The notes beneath the pieces are model-generated. The model was not told where the DNA came from and made no database searches. It saw nothing but the letters and a program-made list of their open reading frames with translations. A DNA stretch of 64,000 nt, taken from positions 134,046,001-134,110,000 of the forward strand of contig NC_086097.1 of NCBI RefSeq assembly GCF_963921235.1. The letters are read 5' to 3'. The position numbers were made by a program, and so were the translations under genes. Shown in pieces: positions 1-12,310 of this stretch (position 1 is the first letter of the stretch; each line of letters starts with the position of its first letter). Source of the stretch: Mobula hypostoma (taxonomy: Eukaryota).

Positions 1-324
1 AGAACGTGATCCGGAAAGCAGAGCACCGGCCAGGGATTTTCATCTTTAATTTTATCCGCAGGAATAGGGAACACTCGACTCGTCGGGCTTATGGTGGTTT
101 TCTAATACCTGTCCTTCCTTGCCTCAAGATATAACGTAATTCAAGTAATCTCAGCAACATATTCTCGACGAGGGTATTATTCCTGCTCACACCGCACCTG
201 CTGGCTTTTATGGATCGTTTGGGGTAGATATTAAGCAGGGCCACTGACGTCTAAAGTACCTACCTATTTCCTCCCAACAACTTCCGCTCAAGCCGCCCCC
301 TCAGAAAAATTCTACCCCTCATCT

Positions 325-498
325 ACACACTGGGGGCCAATTAACTCACCAATCCGCACATTTTTAGGGAGCAGAGGGACGTGGAAGGAAGCCAGACAGA
401 GGCACAACATGCAAACTCCACACCGACAGCACCCAAAGCTAATATTGAACCCGAGTCTCAGGAGCTGTGACGAAGCTCCACCATCTGCTACGCCACTG
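325..498 (-). mobile_element. Old V-SINE/HE1-like SINE
   Basis: Minus strand tRNA-like head (CAGTGGCGTAGCAGATGG...GGGTTCAAT) followed by GTGTGGAGTTTGCATGTT (V-domain-like). Confidence 0.65.
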
Positions 499-1210
499 GT
501 CAGCCGGACCCTTAGCCTCGAAGATCCCTCTCTCATTGTCTTCCCTTCTTAAAGACACGGCATTAATTTCCCTTCTTTGAAAGAACCTCTTATATGTTTG
601 GGAATTAAATGGAAAACGTGTCTAGGAAGCGCTGTGGGGTACGCTGTTATGCCAATCCAGTTGGCTGTTGAATGCAACGTTTTTACATAAATATTCTCAA
701 CGTAAGTTTCCCATCTTTTCTTTTTTTACACAAGGCTACGGCGCAGGAATAGGTCCTCCGGCCACACTGTCTGTGGCGACGATGATTTCAATTTAAACTG
801 CAGATCATCCCGCACATGGCCTATATCCTCTGATTCCTAAATGGTCCACTGCAACGCCTTAAGGAGAAGGCCTTTCAGTCAGGTAGGACGAGTGCAGGAC
901 CTTCTCCTTAACCACGAAGAAAGGATTGCGATAATGCTAGCAATAACAAGCCCGTGTGTTTACTTGTCCCAAATAGAAACAGCGTGTATCAACACCAATT
1001 GGTAGCACCAGACCTGAAACATTAACTACTTCTCTCTCCTGAGATGCTGCCTGACACGCTGGGCTTCCAGCAGTTTGTGGGTTTTTTTCCATTTCAGATT
1101 TCGTGCATCTGCAGGCTTTGTTAAACATATTTTTAGTCAGTGCCCGTCATCCCTGGCCCAATCCTGATTGCAACCACGAAGCTGGCGATTGGCAAAAAGG
1201 ACGACAACAC

Positions 1211-1390
1211 AAGAGATTATAGATGCCGGAACGTGGCGAAACAACCGAGATGCTGGAGAAACTCGGGGAGTCAGGCAGCATCTATGGAAAGAAATGGGCA
1301 ATCAACATTTTAGGTTCAGACCTTTCATTGGAACTGATGAAGGGTCCCAACCCGAAACGTTGACTGAGCTCCTCTAGCATATTTTGTGTT
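1211..1390. mobile_element. Short palindromic element built from two inverted Penelope-like termini
   Basis: GATGCTGGAGAAACTC...CAGGCAGCATCTATGG...TTCAGACCCTTTCAT on the left is the reverse complement of CTGATGAAGGGTC...GAAACGTTGACTGAGCTCCTCTAGCAT on the right. Similar copies at ~3850-4045, 4670-4890 and 16735-16945. Confidence 0.65.
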
Positions 1391-4300
1391 ATTAGCAAAA
1401 ATAATGCTGGGTTTAGATTTAGGTATCCGTAGGAGATCAGTGCCTGAATACAGCATCAGCAGTGACCTGCCAGCTGTACGTTGTGTTCCCGCCATTACCC
1501 ACTCAAATGTTTAACTTTCAGCGTTGAGGTAAATAAAGCAGATTTAATGTGTAATCCCAATGCCATGTTAATTTGTTTGTAATGATAATGCACGGGCGGA
1601 ACTTTGTGGAGTCAACTTCTTAGGCATAAGACGAGGCATGGATAATTTCATATTAATAAATGGAATATATTAATTACATATACATGACTGTTTAATATAT
1701 ATACGCGCAATTTATACATTTGTGGAATTAATAAAACTTTCACAATTATATATAAATACATATCTGTGTACACACTCGCGCGCGCTCGCACATTTTTCCA
1801 TGCTCTCCATCAAACAAACAGTAAATGTGCATTATCCAATATTTTTGCTGTGGTCTTCAATCTATGTTTACAGTACAGAATAAAAGATGGACAGCACGTT
1901 CCCAGTACTGTAAGCATTTCAAGTGTGACGGTGTACAACAACTTGCTTCTACTTAGTTCCTTTAACAGCAGCCATCAAACAAAATTCACTGCCAAACTGA
2001 GTGGCGATGAGGCAGGTGCGCGAAGGTTACCAAAATCCATCTTAGGAAGCGTTTTGAAGAAGCAGGAAGGAAGAAAGGGAATTAGATGCACCAATTCTGG
2101 AACTCCGACTGCAGATGCCGAAAGCAGAATCTCCAACATTGGAACGATTCAATACGTGAATAGCCAGAATTTATCTATTCATGTACTCAGGGAAACCAAT
2201 AGGGCAGCACAGATCAACACAACATTTCCAACTAATAAGAATTTAATATCAAAATGATGGTTATTGTTGGCGTTGGTGTTATATCATTCACCGAGGGTTA
2301 ACAAAAACGTATTATTTATTATTCGCGGATTATTGTGCATGAAGCACAGTGGGCCAGATTATCGGGTTAAATCTACAGTGAGGCAGTGTGTCCCCGGTAG
2401 AGCTTGCACCGCCGTAAAAGATACTTTATTATTACTGAACGGTGTCAGCCGAGAGATCTCCTGTGCCTTTCCAAAAACTGCCGCGGGACTATTTAGCTCG
2501 CTGCAAAATAAAACAGGGGTCCCGGAATAAAACGAACAAATCTGAAAACGCTGGAACACCAGCTGGTCAGGCAGCGTCTGTGGACGAAGAAACAGTTAAT
2601 ATTTAGGAACCGGCACTCTTCGTCGGAACTGGAAAACCAGGGATTTGAATCTCACTGGAAAGGAATTGGGCCAAATTCCAATACCGGGGGCTTGTATTAG
2701 AGATCTGTGCGTGAACGGGGGAGAAGAAGAAACTAGCAGCCACAGTGATTAGAGCGAGAGGAATAAATCTGAGGAGAAGCGGGTATTTGGAAGAGGGTTG
2801 GTCAGTGTGGTGTGGTTTGTGTATAAAGGATTGGGAAGGGCTGTGACAAGACACAAAGCCATAGGCGGCACAAAGGGTGGTCTCTGAAATTTGAGACTGC
2901 GTCTGCATTAAAATTGTATGGGGGCTCACATTCCAACCACTTTCATTGTTACAGAGTCGGCCTGTCATAACGAAAGCATCAAATCTCAGGCCAAATGTGC
3001 AGCACAGTTATAATAAAGTCCCAAATGGCATCAGCGTATTGGAACAATTTTCAAGCTTTTGACTTGGAGTGTCTACTTGCAAAGCCCTCCGGACGAAGAT
3101 TTCTCTGATGCTGCTTCGTTAGAAGTCCGAACAATTCTAAAGCTCAAGACAGTCCAGGCAAAAAAAAATCAACCTTCTCCAGCTTCCCGTACCGAACGCA
3201 CTGCAAATCGTGTTATTCAATACATTTTCAACACGTACAACGGGAAGAAATAAAATATTTGAATTGATCTGGTTTCTTATATTCTAGGGACGTTGTGCAG
3301 TTTCATGCAATTAATGCCTTCCAAAATACAGGTCACGTGCTCTCCACTTGAAGGTCCCGGGAAGGAGAAAGAAACTTGCAAACTCTTCTGACGGACGATT
3401 GTTGGCAGCGAGCCCATTCTCAAAGGGAGCAATGGGAGTGATTCAGTAATGGAGCAATATAGCACGTTTACAGGCCCTTCGACTCAACGAGCCCTTGCCA
3501 ATCATGATGTCTGTCCTAGCTACTCCCAATTTCCTCTTATGGCCCTCTGTGCACTAGGCCCAATCCCGTCCTGTTACTATCCACGTGCTTCTTAAATGGC
3601 ACTTCTCTAATTTCGGCGATAACTCGGTGTAACGTCTAGTCTAAAAAGTTGGATCCACAACGTGGGTGGCGGGGAAGGTTTGACAGTCTAACTACAACCT
3701 GAAGGCATCTGCAGAGAACGCAGTCCTCGAAGCGGAACCCACCTAACCAGCGCTGAGTGACAAGTTGTCGTGGCGTCTCTGCACCCCGACCAACCTCAGG
3801 CATCCGCCCCAGTATCGGGAGCTGAAACAGCACCATATAGCCCAGAAGCAACAAACAGTCTGCTGGAGGAACTCAGCGGACAGAGCAGTATCCGTGATAG
3901 TCCTGCTGCAAGGGCCCCGGCGAGAAATCTCCACAGTTCCTTATCTCCACCCACCCACCACACACATACGCCGTTGGAACCGCTGAGTTCATCCAGTAGA
4001 TTGCTCGTTCCTGCAGTTTCCAGCATCTGCAGTCTCCTGTATCTTCATAACTCTTGAACTGACCCTGGATCTCCTCGAGCTTATATGGGACGTGACTTTG
4101 GTTTCACCGGCACCATTGGCTACGTGCTGAATGGAGAGCGAACGTAGCCCAAACAAAAGCGCGCTGACCACTCAAATTCCTGCCAGTTGCGGCATCCCCG
4201 GTGCTCCAGAGAGGATCACGTAATGATACAATTGTCAACACACAATATTTAACTTCTGCACACGTTTTTCCAGACCATCAAACCCCCAAAATGCGGCTGA

Positions 4301-4399
4301 GACAGTTGTGCACCGAATACTCTCTGCGTACAAAGAAACAGATTTGTTTAAAATATTATGCAACGTTCTAAATTCAACCTTTGCAGTGTTTTATTTTCA

Positions 4400-4628
4400 C
4401 AGATACGGCAAGGTAACAGACCCTCAGGCCAAAAGAGCCAACGCCGACCAATTACACCCACGTGGCCAAGTAACCTACTAACCCATCTGTCTGGACTGTG
4501 GGTGGAAACGGGAAGGCACCCACGCGACGTGGGAAGAACGTACACACTCTTTACAGATAGAGTATCGGTGAAATTAAACCCGGTTCGCCGGCGCTGTAAT
4601 ACCGTTGCGCTAACCACTACGCTACCAC
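4400..4628 (-). mobile_element. V-SINE/HE1-like SINE
   Basis: Minus strand GGTAGCGTAGTGGTTAGCGCAACG head, TGTAAAGAGTGTGTACGTTCTTCCC body and CR1-like tail GCCTGAGGGTCTGTTACC. Confidence 0.8.
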
Positions 4629-6109
4629 CCCACTCACATGATGCGGATGACTCAGGGAGCTAGAAAATGAGATGGCAGATGCTGGAATCTAGAACAACAT
4701 AAAAATGTTTTAAAAACTGCTTTAGGAACTCCGCGAGTCAAGCACGCCTGGAATAGGAAATTGTACTGTCGCTATTTTGGGTAGGGACCCTTCACACAGC
4801 TGAAGAGTCTCGACCCAAAACATCGACTGCCCATTTCTCTTTGCAGATGCTGCGCGAATCACTGAGATCCCGCAGAAGTTTGTTTTATGGTCCTGAAGGT
4901 TGATTTCTTTCCCTAAGTACAGGGAATTGTTTACACTATAAGCGGCAACTTTAACGACCGGTGCTTGCAACCAAAAGACTTCGGGATTGGGCAGATCCTG
5001 GCAATTGTCCATTTAAAACCGGCGTTTTGAAGTGGAGGAGCGTCGGGAGTTCAATGCAGAGAGAGCTGACATTGTCCAAACAGATGTGTTATTACATTTT
5101 CAGACTAATTGTTGACATATATTCCGTACACGTGATTAATAGCACACAATTTGAAGAGATACACGTCGGCAGCCCTTCCGGTCGAAGCAAGCTCATGTTA
5201 ACTGCTGAAAACTACAAACACACGGTGCTTTACCAACCGAATATCTCTGTCAGTGTATTTATCACACACTCACGCCTGGATATAAAACGCAATGAAAATC
5301 CTGACGCTCATGAGATCGGAGGCAGATCTTATAGTAAAAGTCATGTTAAAGATAGGAAGGTTTACATTTCTATAAGACCTTCGTTCGTTCAAGACAAACA
5401 CAAATTCTTTACAACCAACGAGGGACTTGGTGGGAAAGGAGGCATCTCATTGAGTAGACAGCCAACTCTAGAAGTGTGACAAACAGTTTGGAATTGGCAT
5501 TGGGTTACTATTGCCACATGCCACATGTACAGTGAAAACCGCGTTTTGCGTGCCATCCGTACAGGCCACTTCATTACAACATTGCATTGAGATAGTTCAA
5601 GGGGAAAATAAATAACGAATACAAAATAAGGTGTTACAGTTAAAGGGAACGTGCAGGCAGACAATAAGATGCAAGTTCATAATAAGTAAACTGCGAGCTC
5701 AAGAGTCCATCTTATCGTACTAGCTGACTGTTCGATGGTCTTGTCAACAGCATGAGTGGGGATAAGGAATGGTCACCGTCCTGCCCCCGACAGGTGAAGC
5801 TGCAGCCACTGAGCTCCCCCAGCAGATTATTTGTTGCTCCAGATTCTATCATCGGTAGCATCTTGCGTAAGACAGTGGCCAGATAACCTCATGGTGACTG
5901 AAAGATGTATTGGCCAGATCACCGTCCATGTCCAAACACCGTTGCTCGAGATATTTTACATCTCCCAGAGAGACCAGGTGCACCTTCCAATAATACAGCG
6001 CTCCCTCCTCCTCCAGTGAAGCAACAACCTGAAATGTGTGGGAAGACATTTCTGGAGTGGGACATGATGAACACCACAGTCTTGTGGCTTGGAGGAGAGC
6101 CAAAGCCGA

Positions 6110-6680
6110 AGTCGAGTTTATTGTCATATGCACAAGTACATGTAAACACAGGTGCAATGAAAAACGTACTCGCAGCAAAATCGCAGGCACATAGCACCAT
6201 AAACAGAATTCACGTGAAAAACGTAAATTAAACATAAAACTCACACACTTTTTAAAAAATAAAGCACAATTAGAACAAAAAAGAAACAAAGTTCATTTTA
6301 GTCCGAAATAATGAAAGCGGCCGTCGTGTTGCTAAAGCTGTTACGATTCGGGTTTTGTTGGTTGGTTCTGGAACTGATTGATCGAAGGGGGGCAGCTGCT
6401 CTTGAATCTGCTGGTGTGGTACTTAAGGCTCCTGTACCTTCTGCCCGAAGGTAGCTGTGAAAAGATAATATGGCCCAGGTAGTGGGGATCTTTGATGATA
6501 AATGTTGCCTTGGTGAGGCAGCACCTCCTGTAAATAGTACCAATGGTGAGGAGGGATGTGCCCGTGATGGATTTAGCAAAGTCCATTACTCTCGGCCGTT
6601 TCTTCCGTTCCTGCCATACCTGACGACCACGGAACCAGTCTGCATACTTTCAACAATGTATCAGTAAAAGTTTGTAGAAC
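6110..6680 (-). mobile_element. 3' end of L2/Rex-Babar-type LINE
   Basis: ORF 6341-6586 gives IIKDPHYLGHIIFSQLPSGRRYRSL..TSRFKSS, the C-terminal LINE ORF2 motif, followed by a T-rich 3' UTR. Confidence 0.75.
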
Positions 6681-7339
6681 ATCCCCATCTCACTATAGCA
6701 GCACGCCCATGCATGGAACACAAGCAATGTACCACTCATCAAGCATGGGCTAGCCGCGGCTTTAATATAGACGTAGCGCATCCAATCGCAGTCACTTTTA
6801 TCGAAGATCCTCCAGACAACTAAACCCTAAAATTCTAGATTTGATTTATAATAACAACCCAATAAACCAACTATATCACTAACACCAACGGATCTCCGCT
6901 CATCTCTCTCTCAGCTTCAAAAAGGACTGGGTTGCTACACATCTGTTTGTGGCCCAGTCAGAAGTGTTTTTGAGGCATGACCACCGTGGCTGCAAATGCT
7001 TTTAATGCTACACGCCTAAGCTTAAATATTTATTGCGCCTATTTTCTTTTCGTGGATTAGTTCAGCCGTGCCAAAACGTGAACAGGTCGAAGGCCAGCAG
7101 GTAGCTGACCACTGGACACCGGGAGACAATGTTGGGCGTGGTGTGAGCTTCCCACAAGCACGGCGATTGTCATTGCCCGAACCCCCATTGGCGAGGGTTG
7201 GAGGCACCGCGACCCTCCGCGGGTCGGGAACGGCTGAGAAATAACCAGTGACGGCAGGGCAGGGTAAGGCTTGTCAACAAGGTCAGTGATGATGAGTTGA
7301 TGAATTGGCGCTTGAGCTCAGGGCGAGAGAGTGAAAGCG

Positions 7340-7700
7340 GACTTATAAATAAAAGAGAGAAAAGAATTCCTGTAAGGCATTTCCCTTCCCGGGGACAGAG
7401 GAGTTCCATTCTACTTTGCAAATCATGAAATTAGCTTTCAATAACCCGAATCTATTTAACATGGATATGGTTGACGTACAGTATGACTGCTGAGACAGAA
7501 ACCAGCACATAAGCAATGGGGCACACGAGAGGGGCAAGAAGGATACTGCAAAAATGAACTCTCCCGGGCTTTTGTTCTGTTCTATTTCCCATGCCTGACC
7601 CGACTCCTTTGATAAATGGCACATGTCATTCTGTCAAGAGTTGACACAGCAACTGGGAGGCCCGGTGATGTACGATCTTGCTGCAAAAATGAAATCAACT
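7340..7700. promoter_or_regulatory. Candidate conserved non-coding element
   Basis: Non-repetitive block with clustered TGTCA/TGACA motifs (7624-7646). Conservation inferred, not measured. Confidence 0.4.
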
Positions 7701-8386
7701 ATTCGCCGGCTAGCAAGACGGTGCTATCAGGATATAGTTTCAGCAGACGGTGAAAGATAGGGTTTAACATTTTTTAGGGAGTTGAGTGCCGGTAGAGGCG
7801 GACTCGGCAGAATTGTCGCTGCAGCGTCCTTCCCTCAATCACAGAATACACGCTACTTTACAATAAGTTAAGGCATACAACTTGAATTATTAATCAATTG
7901 AAGTTGTGACTATCGAGAACCAGATAGCAAAGTAGCTGACGTTTTCTTTGTATGATATAGTCTGGAATGAATAAATGACTGAAAGGGGTAATGAAATGAA
8001 AGCTTTGGAACTTAAAGCTTGTTGTATCTGCTACTGGGAATAAAACCCGCCTTTTATTTTACCAAATGTGTTCTTGTTCACTTTGGGTGAAAGGGGCGAT
8101 TTGTAAATTAATCCCGAAAGCGACGAGCAGACGCACGTCAATTAATCGTCGGGCTCTCTCAAGGAAGTTTCCGAAGGATCTAAAATCCCATTAAGATCAC
8201 ACATATCGGCCATAAAGATCAAAAGTGATTATTAGCATGTGAAGTGCCGAGGGAATTCTTTCAACCCCCTGAGGAAGTGCAAGATTTAAAATAACAGAGG
8301 TGTCAACAAATAATGGACATTGCCTTAGTAGCAAATGTAATAACAATTAAATTTGAAACTCATGTACAATATACAAAAAAAATCTT

Positions 8387-8387
<1 letters not shown>

Positions 8388-8436
<49 letters not shown>
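8388..8436. repeat. (GT)n microsatellite
   Basis: Read directly. Confidence 0.95.
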
Positions 8437-8438
<2 letters not shown>

Positions 8439-8469
8439 CTTTGAAAAGCTCAAACCATCTGCGGGTACA

Positions 8470-8486
8470 TGAACTGTGGCTGACCT
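8470..8486 (-). promoter_or_regulatory. Consensus DR5 retinoic-acid response element
   Basis: Minus strand AGGTCA-GCCAC-AGTTCA is a perfect RGKTCA-N5-RGKTCA, in non-repetitive intronic DNA. Function untested. Confidence 0.6.
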
Positions 8487-11059
8487 CAAATGATTTGCAC
8501 TTCGGTCAGAATTCCCCCTCCCAGAAAAAAAGAGAGGAGAGTGGGGTGGGGGGAAGCTTCATTAAGAGTGACTGATGACTGCCAGTCATGCTTCACCTCA
8601 CCCAAGCTTTTGGTCTCTGCCTTGGTAATAAGCTGTCTTTTATTAGCAGAGACACTCCATAACAAGGGTGTGTTCAGTCAGAGACTTTGTTGACTTCTTA
8701 TTGCTGATACCGAAAAGATTGATAGACTTTACAAATCCCCCCCCCCATCCCAATTTATTTTAATTGCTACCACCGACCAATGATTCCTTCAAGTTAACCG
8801 CGTTGTGGCTGGCTACTCTCACATGCCCGTCGCGCACAAGGTTTCCCGTACCAAAAAAAAGTGCCCAACAGTTTAAAGTTTGGCCCAACTTTCTCTCCAC
8901 AGCAACTCCACCCCCCCCCCCCATGCCGCCCGTCTAAAGCAGCGTAATCGGTCAATTTCAGACCAGTTTTGCACAGTATCGAATTAACCAACCAGCGACC
9001 TCCTTGTAATTGGACTGGGTTCAGGCGCAACTACCCCAGCGCTGCACTAAAATTCAAATACAAACAGAAAGGTGAAGCGAACGATTGGGATTGTGTGAGT
9101 GGGGAAAAAACGCGATGAAATTGACAGCAACCTGGCTTCCCTCTGCTGCAGGGGATCACGGCGGTAACTCTTAAGAAAACACACACACACACACTTTTGA
9201 AACAACACTAAAGAAAACCCGTTACATTTCAAAAAATATTATGAATGTTGAGAATTGGAATTCCTTTGTGTTAATTCAAACGAGTTGGACAGTGATGGAT
9301 CCTGAGAGATTAATGTAATGTAAACAAATCTTATTCACCACATTGACAGGGAAGTGGAGAAATCAATGGACTGGTGTTACTGAATGTTGCAGCAGACATG
9401 ATGGGCTGAACAGCCTTCTTCTATCGTCATCTCTTGATAAAAACAGGCTTAAATGCAACAGACTAATTGAAACACTCACGAGTCATTCTAGGCAATCATT
9501 TACTGCCCATCCCTGGTTGCAATTAGAACACAGAGCTCAGAACAATACAGCACGGAAACAGGCCATTCGGCCCACAAAGTTGTGCCAAACTAATTAAACT
9601 AATAAATGTCTAACTAAACTAACATATATACTAATTATGCCAAATGTGGAAAAGTGTGATTTGTCCACTCAGTAGAAAAAAACAGGATTGACGAGTGTTT
9701 TTATAATGATGAGAGATTGAAAGCTGTTGCTATTCAGAGCGATCAGAATGTCCTTGTATGTGAATTATTGAACGTTAACATACAAGGACAGCAATTATTA
9801 GGAAGGGAAATTGTATATTAGCCTATGTTACATGATGGTTTGAGTACAAGAATTAAAGGCATCTTATTGAACTGAATGATTTGCAGGGTCACAATCAGAG
9901 AGCAGTCAACAGTGCTCTGCAGCTGAATTCACATACAGGTAACCCAGACCAGGTGTGTACAGCAGATAACAAGGTCATATGTGAACCAGTTCTGATCTAA
10001 CTGCAAACAGTAATCTCACTGATACTAGTACAGAGTCTAGATTTTTTTTGGAACTTATTTCAGATACAGTTAAATTTTGCAGTTTCCATGAAGCAGGGGG
10101 TTGGGGTTGGAATACGGACAGGAAAAGGCCACTTGGCCCCTCTGGCCTTCCCTGCCAATCAATAAAATCATGGTTGGTCCACTTTTAATCTTAGCTTCAC
10201 ATTCCTGTCAACCTATCCTCTCCCTATTCACCCCAAAGCAAAACTCTCAGGACCTTTTATATCCAACTAGCCCATCCAACTTTCCTCAGAATTCTGGTCA
10301 TTCCAGGTACAATATCATAAATATAGAAAACTTCATCCTAATTTTGTTGAATGGCAGGGCAGGTTTAAGGACCTGAATGTTTCCTTGCAAAGTTTTTTTA
10401 ATGTTTTCCTAAGTAAATAGCCATTGTGTTTAGAGTTCTCTAGATTCGTTAATTTTGCACTTGGGGAGAAAGTCTATGGAACCAATAATTCTAGTGAGCT
10501 ACAAGCCAAACCAGCCCATCTGGACCTCATAAGGCAAACTATCCTATGCAGGTATCAGTGTGAATTGCTTGCAAGGCATTTACATCCTTAAATAAGCATA
10601 CTGACATTTTTTCACAATTCTCCAGACAGGGTTTCACCAATCCTCTATATAACTGAAATATAATTATCCCAATTTTGTATTTAATTCACTTTGTGATATA
10701 CAATAAAATTTGATTTGCTTTCCTGAATACCTGATGTACCTGCATACTAGTCTTTGCAATACATGAGATAGGGTCCCCTACATCCCTCTGCATCTCAGAG
10801 CAGCAACAGAATTAGAGTGGGCTGTACAATGGTATCGAGCTGGTAATTCATCAGCTGTTGTACACACATTTCCCCCAATTGTGATTCCCATTTTGCAAAG
10901 CACAGGGTGATGCAAAACAGGAAGTTGGGTCACCATCACTCATTTTACCCTGTATAGACTGATACCCCTAACAACACAATGCTGACTGACACAGACTGAT
11001 GAAATCATCCTGAAAGAAAGATCTATTGGCAGCAATTATGTTAAAATAAACATTAAGGG

Positions 11060-11480
11060 GTGCAACGAAAGACTAGCATTCACCCAACACTTCCCTCAGC
11101 ATCCCTGAATACTTTGCATGTGTTTTGAGGTGTTGTCACAATTATAATGTAGGGAAATATAGTAGACCGATTGTGCATAGTGGGATCCCATGGACAACAG
11201 TCCAAATGTGAGCAGATGATCTGTTTGGTGATGCTGACTGGAGGATCAATGTTGGCCAAGTGCCTGGGAGAACTCCCCTGTCCTTCTTCACTGTGGTGCC
11301 ATCGGATTGCCAATAGAGGAAGTAGACATAGCCACTGATCCAAAAGCAAAAAGCATCAGCACTAGTTCACAGGTCTGTCAGCATATATAAAAATATATAT
11401 TGGGCACTCAAGCCTCCGGTATCGGATTTGAACCAGCAGCCTTCCGACTCAGAAGTCAAGAATCCTATCTACTTAGTTGA
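11060..11480 (-). mobile_element. Old Deu-SINE (SacSINE1-like)
   Basis: Minus strand tRNA head (TCTGAGTCGGAAGGCTGCTGGTTCAAATCC) and Deu-domain-like GGGGAGTTCTCCCAGG...TTGGCCAACATTGATCCTC...TGTTGTCCATGGGATCC. Related relics at ~14180-14410, 31400-31580 and 62190-62380. Confidence 0.6.
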
Positions 11481-11986
11481 TGGTACCCAATTCAAAAAAA
11501 GGCACGAAGTGGAAAATGTTCTTTCAATATAGAGAGACGTGAATATACATCAGTTGGACAAACTAGAAGTACATTTGATGTTCATCCCTTACATGTAGTT
11601 CCATACCTCAGTACAATATGAGGCAAGGTATCATTGTGTTGGGATTCTGTTCCCAGAAGAGATGTTAAGCAAAGACCCCAGCAGTTCAGGTGATAAGATG
11701 GGAAGTTCCTTTCTCCACAGCGGCTTGTTAACATTTGTTTCCCACATAATAATTCTGCTTTGCAATTCGTGGTTTAAGCTCACTGATTGTATCACAGTTA
11801 AACACCTGCAACAGATTTGAATGCCTTTTTCACAGCTCTAAAACCAAATTGATAGCACATTCTTTGGAAACTTGAATGAAGTGAGGTCACTTCCCAAACA
11901 AAGAGAGGAGGTGGGGAAGGAAGGGAAGATCGATATTCGAGCAGCTCACTGGGTGATGTTTTGGAAAGTATTTGACTTTGGTATGT

Positions 11987-12310
11987 AGAGTCATAGAGTT
12001 AGAGAAAAGTACAGCATTACAAACAGCCCATTTAGCCCATCTAGTCCATGCCAAGCCATTTAAACGGCCTAGCCCCATGGACTTGCACCAGCACCATAGT
12101 CCTCCATACCCCTACCATCCATGTACCTATCCAAACTTCTCTTAAATGTTGAAATTGAGTTTACCACTGGCACTGGCAGTTCATTCCACACTCTCACGTC
12201 CCTCTGAATGAAGAAGTTTCCCCTCATGTTCCCCTTAAATTTTTCACCTTTCACCCATTACCCATGACCTCTAGTTGCAGTCCCATCCAACTTCAGTGGG
12301 AAAAGCCTGT
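11987..12310 (-). mobile_element. CR1 LINE 3' fragment
   Basis: KGEKFKGNMRGNFFIQRDVRVWNELP (CR1 ORF2 C-terminus) plus 3' UTR with CTCTATGA-type tail. Confidence 0.85.

Larger units (their letters stand above)
8090..8800. promoter_or_regulatory. Candidate enhancer block around the DR5 element
   Basis: TAAT/ATTA-rich unique sequence, TGTCA, and AGATTGATAGA near 8717; interrupted only by a (GT)n tract. Confidence 0.4.

Noticed and set aside
1766..2257. 163-aa ORF (also 4961-5479, 172 aa)
   Set aside because: No recognisable domain, non-ATG start, antisense within an intron; probably chance or degraded repeat.
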